DNA from: a virus
Virus record (IMG/VR): IMGVR_UViG_3300022751_000018
Location: 1-64,000 of that record
Reading direction: 5' to 3' (one strand)
DNA: 64,000 nt
The position numbers and the translations under genes were made by a program. Below, piece after piece: positions 27,913-38,760 of the stretch; positions within the stretch are counted from its first letter, which is position 1; every line of letters starts with the position of its first letter. The notes beneath the pieces are model-generated. The model was given only the letters and a program-made list of their open reading frames with translations, was not told where the DNA came from and did not search any database.

Positions 27913-28284
27913 ATGAACATATATGAAGCAAGTATAAATTTCGAAAAAATAAGAAGAAAGGGATGGCCTACGAAAAATTATCTTATATTAGGATTTAATA
28001 CGAAGATGTTTGAATCAAATTCTATAGATAATGATCAGTATTCTTTATCTTGGGATCAATTACGAGCCAATGACTGGGAAGAGTACAAAGAGCCTAAAAA
28101 GTATTTGACGACTAAAGAGGCTATGCAAGCATTGATTGACGGGAATAAGTTGCAAGCAGATAACTATGATGAAGATATCTTTATTTATCTTTGCGATCAA
28201 GGTCATATTTTGTTTAATCATGGGGCCGAGGCTTTTCCATGTTTCAGCAAAGATAGACAGTTTTACATATACGAGGGTGAATAA
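27913..28284 (+). CDS. DUF2829 (Tad2-like) family small protein, paralog of 10913
   Basis: MNIYEASINFEKIRRKGW. NDWEEYKEPKKYL..KEAMQALIDGNK. Confidence 0.35.
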   Translation: MNIYEASINFEKIRRKGWPTKNYLILGFNTKMFESNSIDNDQYSLSWDQLRANDWEEYKEPKKYLTTKEAMQALIDGNKLQADNYDEDIFIYLCDQGHILFNHGAEAFPCFSKDRQFYIYEGE

Positions 28285-29412
28285 TGAACGCGAATATTAA
28301 AAAAGCATTATTAAATCTTTTAAGAGTACTTCATGACGAAGATTCAAATCTTATTAATGAACCTATTAATGTTTCTGTTGTTACTAAAGTTAGCCCAAGG
28401 CTATATATTAGTCATATAGCAATATCTCAAAATTGTGTTGGAGTATTTAGACATGATAATGTTGATGATAATCTTATATTATCTGATGACTTATACGATG
28501 GAGAATTATCATAATTGAATTTTATAAAAGATTCGTCTACGGGAAACAAGAAATTATAACTTTAATTGAGAAGAAAATGAAAATTACGTCACCAGAATTA
28601 GAAAAAGAACAGGCTATTGAGATGGCCAAGAACATGCAACATGAAATAAAAGAGGCATACGATAAATGTACATTAAAAATAATATACCGCTATACCTGTT
28701 CAGGTATAGCTACAAGTCTCTATAGCACGACTCTTGATGCAATAAAGATTCTACTTGAAAAACCGGAGTTTAAACAATGAGATTTATTGATTACATGTTT
28801 GTTGGTTGCATTTATGCTGGGGCTATTATTTTGGGTAGCTGTATAGTTGTTGGTCTTTACAATTTTGTGATGGGGTGAGCAATGGAAATAAGGGACATAA
28901 AAGAACTAAAAAATACAGAGAAAAAAAAGTATGAGGCAAGTTGTATTTTTCAAGATAAATTAATTTCAAAAACATATTACGCATTTCATCCAAATAACGC
29001 AAAATATTATCTTTGGTGCGATATTGAAAAAAATAATACAAGTCTTCCTCTCGAGCTTTGGCTTAACATTAAATGCCAGGAGATTAAATAATGGTAACTG
29101 AGATCTCACAAAGACATGGGGACACGCGCACAAACTACAACTTAAGGCTAGTTCATGAGGGGATGCAATATGAGGCTAGCTTTGCTGAGCAAAACGAGAT
29201 AGAAGCTAAGAACAGGTTTTATCGTGAAATAAAGGGCATCAATTCTGATTTTTATTATTCTTTCGAAGAATTAGATATTCAATGCAAAAAAATTGATACG
29301 CCATTTTCATTCTGCAAAAAAATGGACGAACAAGAAACTTCCTAAATCAGGAAGTTTCCCGCTGTAAAACTCAATTCAATTAAAAATAACTCAAAATACA
29401 TCGCAAAATCTA

Positions 29413-29441
29413 TTGCAATTACTAACTAGCAGGGGTATACT
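29413..29441 (+). promoter_or_regulatory. promoter: TTGCAA, 17-nt spacer, TATACT, with upstream ATCGCAAAATCTA
   Basis: The 18-mer ATCGCAAAATCTATTGCA is identical to the one at 9553. Confidence 0.4.
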
Positions 29442-29846
29442 TATCTTAAGTGAGACGATATTAACAAAGGAGATGAAAATGATTGATAGAATAAAGAGTA
29501 TAAATGATGAGCTAAAGAACTTTTTAAGCATGGAGGCCGACCTAGTCGCTTATAGAACTATTTTAAGCTGCATGGACTCACTAGAAACCTACAAAATCAT
29601 ATTAGAAAAACGTGAATCAATAAAAGGTAAATAGCATGTCAATTAAAAAGTATACCTCTGTCAGGCTAGACAATGAATTTAACAGCACCATGTTTACAAC
29701 TTGCTGCGGTTTAGCTGTATGTGATGATCAATCATGCTGCCCTGGCTGCGATTTAGAAGTGTATGAAGAAACACGCGAGCAAAGATGGAATAAAGCGTAC
29801 GGATATCGAGAAGTAATTTACAGAAACAATGAATAAATAAAAGGAG

Positions 29847-29942
29847 ATGATGATGACTTATCTAAAAGAACTACTACTTGACGCCGCCGTTATGTTCGTA
29901 TTTGTCGGCGTATGGACTGCGATTTTTATGGTGGCTTTGTAA
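29847..29942 (+). CDS. 31-aa hydrophobic peptide (MMMTYLKELLLDAAVMFVFVGVWTAIFMVAL)
   Basis: RBS AAAAGGAGATG. Single predicted transmembrane segment. Confidence 0.25.
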   Translation: MMMTYLKELLLDAAVMFVFVGVWTAIFMVAL

Positions 29943-31216
29943 TGATTTATTTAAAAAAACAAAAGCCAAACTACATGCAATGGGTTTTGATAAAAACATT
30001 AAATCCTATTGATGGAGATCCTTTTTTCGTTGCACGCCTAATGAGAGATGGATACGAATACTTTGAATGCAAAGCAGGAAATGGTTGTAGGCCAATAGAA
30101 TTTTACGCTGAATTTGTTACGCACTGGCAAGAGCTTCCAAAGGACAATGAAAAATGAAAGTAAAAGAACTGATAGAAATATTGAAAAGCGTTAATCCTGA
30201 GCTTGACGTGGTCATGTCGAAAGATGCGGAAGGCAATAGCTATTCTCCGCTTTCAGATTTTAGTTTTGGAGTATATGAGCCAGAAAGCACGTGGTCGGGT
30301 GACTTTGATATATACATTGATGAAGACGGCACAGCATGTTACACAGAAGAAGAAAGCAATGCAATTTGCCTCTGGCCGGTGAATTAGTATGATTCAAAAT
30401 TACTGGATACTCGGAATCTCACTATTTTTTTCTTTTTATAATATTAACAAGATAAATAAGGGCGATGATGACCGAACTTTAATGATTAATGCACTAGTAT
30501 TTGTTGCGATACACTTTTTGTCACTTTCTGTGATTATATCATGCGATTAAATTACGACGAAGCAGAGGGAAAAGACAAAACGTTTATATTTTTCAGGGAT
30601 CAATTAACAGAGCGCAATATAGCGATGGCTGAGATATTGAATAGTGAAATCAAGAACGACGACGAGTCAAAGCTAAAACTGCTAAACGCTTTTAATTACA
30701 GATTAGAATCATATCAAAGAGACGCGCTAATAGCAGCCGCAAAAAAATTTATAGGTAACAAATGAACTTTTCAGACTTAACAGTATTCGAAGAAACGAAA
30801 AAAACTGATGATTCAATCATTTCTATTACTTCTGAAAACAAAATTATTTTGCGACAAGGATTTATTAGAAATGCACGATGCGATCTTGAGAATATGACTC
30901 ACGTTATATTGAGCTATTCGCAATCTAATAGAGTGATCGTTTTTAACTTTACTGATAATAAGAACGCAAAAGGATCATTTACGCTCAGTAAAGCGACTAA
31001 CACAGAAAACTTTATCATATGCTCAACGCAATTCTTTTCTTTTTTTGAGATAAAAGAGCGCGTATTTGGCAAGTATTTTGCAGAATTGAATAAAATAGGT
31101 GAGAAAGGATATTTCTGGACTATAAACTTGAATAATAAAATAAGATAAGATAATTATTTGGCGAATGCGCGGGGGATTACACCCACCCTTTTAATTAAAA
31201 TATATCAAAATATCTA

Positions 31217-31244
31217 TTGCAATAAATATCCTGTGTGATATTAT
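31217..31244 (+). promoter_or_regulatory. promoter: TTGCAA, 16-nt spacer, TATTAT
   Basis: Same family; upstream ATATCAAAATATCTA. Confidence 0.35.
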
Positions 31245-31478
31245 CTCATTATAACAAGAGCGCAACGAGCGAACGACTTAAAACACAAAGGATATGATTA
31301 TGAACTACACATCAATGTACACCGGAAACACTCTTACTGCCCTTGACCACGAGGGATATTGCAAGCATATGATTGACAGAGAAAACGGAGTAAAAATGGC
31401 TAATGGAAAATTTCCCTCTTGCGCTGAAATAATCAAAGATAACGAAAACGGTCAAATAACGTACTGGGTTGATTTAGA

Positions 31479-31910
31479 TTAAACCTTCCCATTCATAACG
31501 TCTTTGTACATGCTCTCGGCTTCTTCATCGGTGATAGTCGAGACATCCACCTCTTTCGGCTCTTGAGCATCGGGATTGTCCATGAGCATATCTTGAACTA
31601 TTTTAGCATCGGCAGCACCCATCTTTCCGTCTAAAACTGCCTGAGCAAGTTTAAGTTTAATTTCTTCCATATTTTCAGATTTGATTTTTTTAGGCAGGTC
31701 TATGTCTACGCTAGTGTATTTTATTTTTGCAACTAAACTTTCATAGCAAAGTCGCATAGCGATAGGTTGGCCCATTTTAGCTTGCTCAATAACCGCTGAT
31801 ATTATTTCCTCACCCTGGTCCTTCACCATGTTGTAAAATCGCGTGCGCTCGCTTACAGCGCCCTTTGTTCGCCCTTTAGCATTACCGCTCTGTCCTTTTT
31901 TAAATGCCAC
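31479..31910 (-). CDS. hypothetical DNA-binding-like protein (N-terminal KKGQSGNAKGRTKG motif)
   Basis: A lone minus-strand gene inside the plus-strand block. Gly/Lys-rich N-terminus similar to motifs in small terminase-like or DNA-binding phage proteins. Confidence 0.3.
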   Translation of the reverse strand: MAFKKGQSGNAKGRTKGAVSERTRFYNMVKDQGEEIISAVIEQAKMGQPIAMRLCYESLVAKIKYTSVDIDLPKKIKSENMEEIKLKLAQAVLDGKMGAADAKIVQDMLMDNPDAQEPKEVDVSTITDEEAESMYKDVMNGKV

Positions 31911-32218
31911 TGTAAAAACCTTGCATAGTGCAACAATAATTGATCAAATTTTATCCTTACCAGTGAAAATAATCAAGCATCATTAAAAAAATCACTTTTT
32001 ATCGAATTTATGTATATTAAATGATATACAAATTTCGTCCTGCAGGTGATTTTCAATAACAAAACCTAAATAAATTACTGCTATAACAGTAAAAATCGTT
32101 TATTTTCTGATTAAATGACTCAAAAATAAACAAAAATGACCAAAAATACCGCTATAGCAGTAAAAAACAGGGATTTAAGAATCATTTCAATTTATTTCAA
32201 TATTTATCGCATTATCTA

Positions 32219-32246
32219 TTGTATTATATCTCGCTTATGATATTAT
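32219..32246 (+). promoter_or_regulatory. promoter: TTGTAT, 16-nt spacer, TATTAT, with upstream ATCGCATTATCTA
   Basis: Same family. Confidence 0.35.
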
Positions 32247-33506
32247 TATCACATGTAGCCGAGACATGAAACTTAACGAAAAGGAAATTAAAATGATCAG
32301 ATTACAACAACAGTATATTACGGATGGCGAGAATCAGGCGGTTGTATCTTACACATATCATGAGCATTTCGCTGGCAGAAAAGCAGTTATCATGTCGGCC
32401 AAAGCAGAATCAGACTCATTCTACAAAGTAGCCAGAAAAATTATAGGAACTGACGAAAAAGGCGATTACAACTCTTTTCTATGTTATCGCGCAATAATTA
32501 TTTATGAAAACAACCCACTGTATACGCGTGCGGTAGAAATGGCATCAAAATAAGGATTTTAAAATGAGCACAATAAATAAATTGAATGAATTTTTAGCTA
32601 CAAGTGTCGCCGCAATGGATGATGTAACTTTAAGGGCATGGAATGTATTAAGTGATTTTGAAAAGCAATTTATTGCGGCTGGAAGCTTCTATTTCAAAGA
32701 AAACATAAACTCTTTAAAAAGAAAAGATGAGATATTGAAACTTAAATTTAAAAATGTGCCGTTTATTTAATCAAGGAAATCAACATGTATTTTATAGAAA
32801 AAGTAGACATAGAAGCATTAGACGACTACCCGATTTTTGAATCAGAGTATTTAAGCGCAGCGATTGATCAGTGTCGCATTAACTGCGAGAGCTACACATT
32901 CAAAGATCATGAAGCAAGCGTAGCATTTGAAGTGTACAACGATAGATTTGACAAGTTTTTTGAGTTTAAGAAATTTAATATTGAACCGACAATAAGAATT
33001 TCTGATTATGTGACAATAAAAACTCATATTGTTGAGCGAATTGTAGCCAATGCCTCGGGGCAGGCATAGCCCCACTTATTAATAAAGGAGATGAAAATGA
33101 GCGTACTTGATTGTTTAGAAATTAGACTTCCCGCGCATGTGTGCGAAGCGATTAATCGATTGAATGAAATTGAATCTGACGACTACTTAGAGCTAGACGA
33201 GGAGTATTAAAAATGCAAAAAATAAATCTTAACTATGCGAGTGATTATGATTCAATTTTATACAGGTATCTTCGAAGATATAAAACAGCATTGAAAAAAC
33301 TAGGAAAAGATCATGCGGTGATCAATAGAGCCCCGCTTGAAGACGCAATCTTTGGAAGGCCTCTAGACTGGTCGATGAAGAAAGCAGCTCATGAATGGCT
33401 TAAATCGTTCTTAGCGAATGAATTGCTTGAAGATGAGAAAGGCGTTGCTAAATTTATTAGAAATCATCTTTCGCATTAAATATATTGAAATATATCATAA
33501 TATCTA

Positions 33507-33534
33507 TTGTATAATATAATTAGTATGCTATACT
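33507..33534 (+). promoter_or_regulatory. promoter: TTGTAT, 16-nt spacer, TATACT
   Basis: Same family. Confidence 0.35.
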
Positions 33535-34779
33535 TATCCTATGTCAGCGAGACATAGAGCAAACAAAGGAGATGGCAATGGAAAACGTAAGAGTATTTAT
33601 TCAAGTAGGTAATGATAAACAAGACCAACTTTTTCAATTTGAAACAAGATTAGGCTACGTAAGATTTCTAAATTACTTAGAAACAAGAGTGGGTGCGGGC
33701 AAGCATGTAGTAAAAATAATAAGCCCAGAAAGCGAAGAGATGTTTTTTTATGATGAGCTTAAAATGTTTTGCACAAGAGATGAGTATATAAATCTTAGAA
33801 ATGAAATGTATATTGAACAGAGAAATGCGCATGGTTACTACATGAGAACACGATAAAAGGAGATGACAATGTACACAGCAATTTTAAACGTAGGCTATGA
33901 AGAACCGATACAGTCTTTCATAAATAAAGACGATGCTATCAGTAGATCTCGCTTAGTTCTTGAGGGCTACGAATTCGATGAATACGAAAGTTCCGTTAAA
34001 GTTGAAGTTAGAGACGAAAAAGGCATAAAAGTTTGGGAAGATTACAAAGAAAATTTAGACTATTAAAATTTATTAAATAAGGAAATATTAAAATGAACGA
34101 AAATGAATCACTTTATTCTGGCGCGATGTTAGATCAATTTTTTGGAAAAACTGTTCAGCGTAATTTGTGGCCAATTCAGTCTGAAGAAGAAGCCGACGAG
34201 CACTGGGAAGATTTCAAAGAATCAAGAAAACCTATCGAGAATAAAAAATGAAAAATAAATATAGAAAACAAATGGCCGAGGAATACTCAAAAGAGGCTGC
34301 TTACGATGCTACGTACGATGTCATGAAAGCATTTGAATCAATAAAAAAAGAAAGCGGATTAAATAGATCGGCGCATCTTAGAGCAAGAAATTGCGCATAT
34401 TCTGTTGCTTACGACTCTGCTTTTGAGGCTTATTGTAAATCATTAAAAAAAGATGGGCTATTATGAACAAAGAAACTGAATCAAAAATGCTACATGAAAG
34501 AGAGCTTGAGCTTTCATCGAATCTTGAGACTTTGCTTTATGGTCACTTAATAGATGTTAAAGACTCATTGTCTGAGTCATTCGAAACTCTTATGAAATTG
34601 GGCCAAGATAAAACTTTTGGACTTAATTCTGGAACGTGTTTTGAGTCTTATATGCACAATGTTATTGATGTTCTTTTTGACCTTGCATCGATAAGGTCTG
34701 ATTTAGACGATGATAAAAAGATTTATCGCTATTTATTGTCTGCAATTACAAAAGCTAAATACAGACGAGCTTAGATAAA

Positions 34780-35100
34780 ATAATAGTCATTATTTACACA
34801 AAAACCTTTCAAATTATATAATCTTTTATTGATTAATTTTAAATCATTATGAGATTATTTATGTCTATAATTCAATTCTAAAAAAAATTTAAGCAGTAAA
34901 ATTAATTATTTTTAATAAAAGCAAAATTTCAAGTGGGACGTTTACAGGATAAAAAGGGACGTTTACAGGATAGAGTTTTTTCAATTTAAAAAAATCTGTG
35001 GATAAGTGCCACTTTTTCTGTGCATAAGGTTGTGGATAACTTTATTGCCCTGTGGATAAGTCTTTAAATAAAAGACGGATTATTACTCGGTGCTTGATTG
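34780..35100. other. putative origin of replication: AT-rich region, two 17-bp iterons and three perfect DnaA boxes
   Basis: TGTGGATAA at 34997-35005, 35031-35039 and 35051-35059, plus TGTGCATAA at 35019-35027. Iterons GGGACGTTTACAGGATA at 34935-34951 and 34956-34972. AT-rich tract 34800-34930. The region has no credible ORF. Confidence 0.6.
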
Positions 35101-36676
35101 TCATCTCATAAATGCTTGCTTGCTTGCCTTTTTGGAAGCGGCGGCGCTACGCATTTTATTTCGGTTTACGTTGAAAGAATATCTTACTAGAGTACTAGTG
35201 AAGATATTAAGAATAGTATTTTGTTTTTTAAACCTTGTCAATAGGGCAATAGAAAATATATTTTATTTGCGTTGTTTAACTTGATATTTGTTATATATTG
35301 AACTATAATTATCTAGTCATAAGATGATTAATGGGAGTATTTAATATGCAAACTGAGTCTTACACTTTACTAGATAAGGTCAATCAAGCTCGAGAACACC
35401 AAAAAGATTGGCTTGTTAGATGCAAAGAGAAAGGCATTGATATGTCATGGAAAGCGCATGTGGTTAAGAAAAAACCCATTAGTTTCGTTCCTATGAGTAG
35501 CCATAGAACCACCAATTTAGATTGGTAGCAGGAGATTAATTAATGAACACAAACATTTATCAAGTAAATGCGGGCCTTAGAGCTTGCAATCATTTTTCAG
35601 AATCTTACCCAGAAGAATTTACGCCTGAACTTTACGAATTTATTCTATTTTTAGAAGAGCTTAAAAAAGACTTGGAGGATTAATAATGGGATTTAACAAA
35701 AATACTATTTTAAAAAGTATAGAAGATTGTTTTAATAACATAAGCGAATCTGCGATTTGCTTGAATGATGGAAAAAATACAGATAAATGTAGAGAAGACA
35801 TTATTCTAAATGTAATGAATGGTATTCATGAACTTAGATCGCTTGAAAGTGAATTGCATGAAATTAAAGAGTCTATTTTACAATTAATGTATTGAGGTTA
35901 AATTATGAACTTACCTGAAATAATGAAAAGTGGTGATTATAAAAACGAAAGTTATGAATATTTTCTAACAAATAAGTCAGGGCATGAAGAAGATTTTGTT
36001 TTCTATTCAAGTAGCCTTCTATCTAAATGGGGATTTAATGACGGCGATACTTGGAGTGAAGAAAGCCTAGAAACTATTATTAATCAGTTTATTTTGCCTA
36101 ATTTAGATCAAAAAGTTGAAATATGTCACATATCGACTTCACACAATCCTTGGCGGGCAGAATCCATTGATGGCGTTGAAGTGCATCAATATTGGAGTGA
36201 TTACGAAAAATGCCCCGTAAAGATTACCCCGGAATTTTTATTTTTTAAACAAAAAGACATTTGGAAAGCATTAATTGAAAAAAGAGATAAAATATGAGCT
36301 TATTCGATAAAATTGATATTACAGATCGAGGCATTGATCAGATTGACAATATAAGGCATATTTTTAAGAAAATGGACGCTTATATTGACAGAATTATGCT
36401 AAAAGATATCGAAGGCACAAGCTCACGTTATAAAAGAGAGTTTGATATATGCAAGCAAAAACTTGAAGAAGCATGCTTTTATGCGATTAAATCTTGTTGC
36501 ATTAAAAATAGAAAATAATATATAATGCGCTTGAGTCTATAGCTTAATTTTAAAGCACCGTTTTTATAAGGGTGATCCTAAGGGTGAACAGTTTAGGTGG
36601 GCTCACAATCTGATCTACATTTAGTGTAGAAACAGTACCTGAGATCGTTATGCGATCACTGCTTTTAAATATTAAA

Positions 36677-36686
36677 AAGCATGCTT
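36677..36686. repeat. AAGCATGCTT palindrome copy 1
   Basis: AAAAAGCATGCTTATTA. Confidence 0.5.
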
Positions 36687-36923
36687 ATTAATAACATTGA
36701 TTTTTTTGAATTATGGCATTGGGGTTTAGCGTCTAGAAGCCATGACCCCTAAGCCACCAAATTATTGAATTATGGGAGTGAAGTTTGAATACTTGTTTGA
36801 TCGACAAGAACTATAAAACCTGCTGAGGTGCACCCTTGTAGCCTCCCACTTTTTTACCCGATTAGCGCCAGGCCACTACGGCCACGGCTCCACCGTAAAT
36901 ATGGGGATATCGGACCAATTTAT

Positions 36924-37000
36924 GATCTTGTTCGTCTAGCCCAAGACGCTGCGCATCTCGTATGAGACGCGGTACGTGGATTAAAGAAGCCACACAAGGT
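36924..37000 (+). ncRNA. degenerate tRNA-like element: acceptor stem and Glu/Asp-like D arm, with the anticodon arm replaced by a long hairpin
   Basis: Acceptor ATCTTGT/ACAAGGT. TCGTCTAG D-arm signature. Hairpin GCGCATCTC-GTAT-GAGACGCG. Confidence 0.3.
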
Positions 37001-37012
37001 CAACTTTTTTAT

Positions 37013-37085
37013 GATTTTGTTCGTCTAGTAGACTAGGACACCACTGGGTCACGGTGGAAACGTCGGAGCACATCCGGCACAAGAT
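37013..37085 (+). ncRNA. degenerate Glu/Asp-like tRNA (pseudo-tRNA). Anticodon loop GGGTCAC, T loop AGCACAT.
   Basis: Acceptor ATTTTGT/ACAAGAT. D arm GTCT..GGAC identical to the tRNA-Glu pattern. Non-canonical residues 32/33 and non-canonical T loop. Confidence 0.3.
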
Positions 37086-37097
37086 CAACCTTTTTAT

Positions 37098-37170
37098 GCG
37101 ATAGTAGCTCAATTGGCAGAGCGCCTGGTTTCCACCTAGGAGGTTGCACGTTCAACTCGTGTCTGTCGCT
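37098..37170 (+). tRNA. tRNA-Gly (anticodon TCC)
   Basis: Acceptor GCGATAG/CTGTCGC. D arm GCTCAATTGGCAGAGC. Anticodon arm CCTGG-TTTCCAC-CTAGG. T arm GCACGTTCAACTCGTGT. Confidence 0.7.
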
Positions 37171-37177
37171 AATCTTT

Positions 37178-37251
37178 CCGTCAATCGTATAATGGCATTA
37201 CCTTGGCCTCCAAAGCCAAAGATTTGAGTTCGATTCTTAATTGACGGGCCA
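37178..37251 (+). tRNA. tRNA-Trp (anticodon CCA), CCA encoded
   Basis: Acceptor CCGTCAA/TTGACGG. Anticodon arm TTGGC-CTCCAAA-GCCAA. T arm TTGAGTTCGATTCTTAA. Ends GCCA. Confidence 0.7.
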
Positions 37252-37265
37252 TATTCAATACAAAA

Positions 37266-37275
37266 AAGCATGCTT
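37266..37275. repeat. AAGCATGCTT palindrome copy 2
   Basis: AAAAGCATGCTTATAT. Confidence 0.5.
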
Positions 37276-37344
37276 ATATTTTTGTTAGCAAATGTAATTA
37301 CAAAAAACCATAGTTGCATTTAAGGCTCTAAATGTAATTATAAA

Positions 37345-37354
37345 AAGCATGCTT
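37345..37354. repeat. AAGCATGCTT palindrome copy 3
   Basis: AAAAGCATGCTTTAAA. Confidence 0.5.
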
Positions 37355-37675
37355 TAAATTAAGCAGGTAATAAAAAACGATTTTACCTACTTAACACGAT
37401 TTTACCTACTTCTTTACCTTAATATTAGTGCAAACATATAATTATCGCTAAATTAATCATAATAACCATTGCTTTTGCATTAATATAAGGATATAGTTTA
37501 ATTATAAAAAGGAGGGTTAAAAATGACCTTACAAGAAATACACGACGAGTTAATTGACTTAAGAAAGAAAGAGTCAGAAGTTTTTGATGATAGAGGATTA
37601 TATTTTGCTATAAGCGCTTGCGCAGATTCTTTTTCTTGCTATAGAACTATTTTAAACGAAAAAGGAGAATGATAA

Positions 37676-38011
37676 ATGTTTGTATATTTCGATGACTTTA
37701 ATTGCAGTGATATGATTGTAAATAAAACAGAAAAGCAGTCTTTTGGAAGGTTGTCAAAAAAATTCTTGGTTAAGAATGATATAGATTTAAAAAATAATTT
37801 AAAGGTAAAATTTTTAATAAACAGTGAAAATATTAATGAAATTGGAATCTGTTTTTTAAAAAATCAAGGGGGCTTAAATCCACAAAATAATCAATTTTTT
37901 ATTAGCAAAAAGTTAAACATAGAAAAAGGGCATTACAGATTGGTAAAAAATACTTCTGATTCAATAGGTGTTTTTTTTGTTATTGAAAAAATAAAGGAGA
38001 ATGAGAAATGA
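37676..38011 (+). CDS. hypothetical protein
   Basis: 111-aa ORF with the conserved AAGGAGAATGATAAATG start context. Confidence 0.35.
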   Translation: MFVYFDDFNCSDMIVNKTEKQSFGRLSKKFLVKNDIDLKNNLKVKFLINSENINEIGICFLKNQGGLNPQNNQFFISKKLNIEKGHYRLVKNTSDSIGVFFVIEKIKENEK

Positions 38012-38172
38012 AAAATATTGAATGGTTGACTGTTATATTTTTTCTTGGCATGGAGTTTTTTGCTTTTTCTATATTAGTATTTTTTGCAATATCATTCCCA
38101 CTGTCTTTATTTGCCAGCATACCATTTTTTATTGCGTGGACAGCTTGGGGCATTCAGATTACCTTTTACTTA
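38008..38172 (+). CDS. small hydrophobic membrane protein (54 aa, two transmembrane segments)
   Basis: Same conserved start context AAGGAGAATGAGAAATG. Confidence 0.3.
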
Positions 38173-38207
38173 TAAATAAAAATAGTATTCACTAAGGATA
38201 ATGAGAA

Positions 38208-38378
38208 ATGAAAAAAATAGAAATACATTTGGTAGACGTTATTTTTAACTACGAATATCAAGAAGATTTTGACGAAGATGATGCAAGCAAAAGTGCTGAA
38301 ATTCTTTTAAAGAATCATCTTGATAAATTAAAAGGTATATCATACGAAATTGACTGTACTTATTTTTGTAACGAATAG
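38208..38378 (+). CDS. small acidic hypothetical protein (56 aa)
   Basis: Same conserved start context AAGGATAATGAGAAATG. Confidence 0.3.
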   Translation: MKKIEIHLVDVIFNYEYQEDFDEDDASKSAEILLKNHLDKLKGISYEIDCTYFCNE

Positions 38379-38750
38379 TAGCCACTATATAACACAAGAC
38401 GTATTCAATACGCTGGCCCGAGGCTGCCTTAGCCTAAAATTTTAAAATTGGAGTTATTATGCACACATTAACACCTGAAGCTTATGCTAATATTCAATTG
38501 TTTCAGAGGATAGCTGAGAAAAAGCGACGTCAAGAAATTAAAAAAGCTAATCATGAATACAAAATGCAATTTTTCAAAAAAGGTATTGACTGCATTGAGA
38601 TGAAAGACATGTCAAAAAATAAACAATTATTAAGCGAAGAATCAAATAAAAATATTTCCACTTTGCTTAATAAAGAGAAGACAGAAGACAACTGGAGTAT
38701 ATTTGTGCATAAAGTACCCAAATAATGGACATAGACAAATATTTTATAAT

Positions 38751-38760
38751 AAGCATGCTT
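38751..38760. repeat. AAGCATGCTT palindrome copy 4 (18-bp palindrome TAATAAGCATGCTTATTA)
   Basis: Lies downstream of the stop of 38459..38725. Confidence 0.5.

Noticed and set aside
35090-35284. 64-aa ORF next to the DnaA-box cluster
   Set aside because: No RBS, and a Leu/Phe/Arg-rich translation typical of a frame through AT-rich DNA. The region is better explained as origin flank; the real next gene starts near 35346.
36600-36700. Possible additional tRNA in GTGATCC...GATCAC segment (36568-36660)
   Set aside because: Long-range complementarity exists, but no T loop, D loop or anticodon loop could be placed. Left as unclassified structured RNA pending Infernal.
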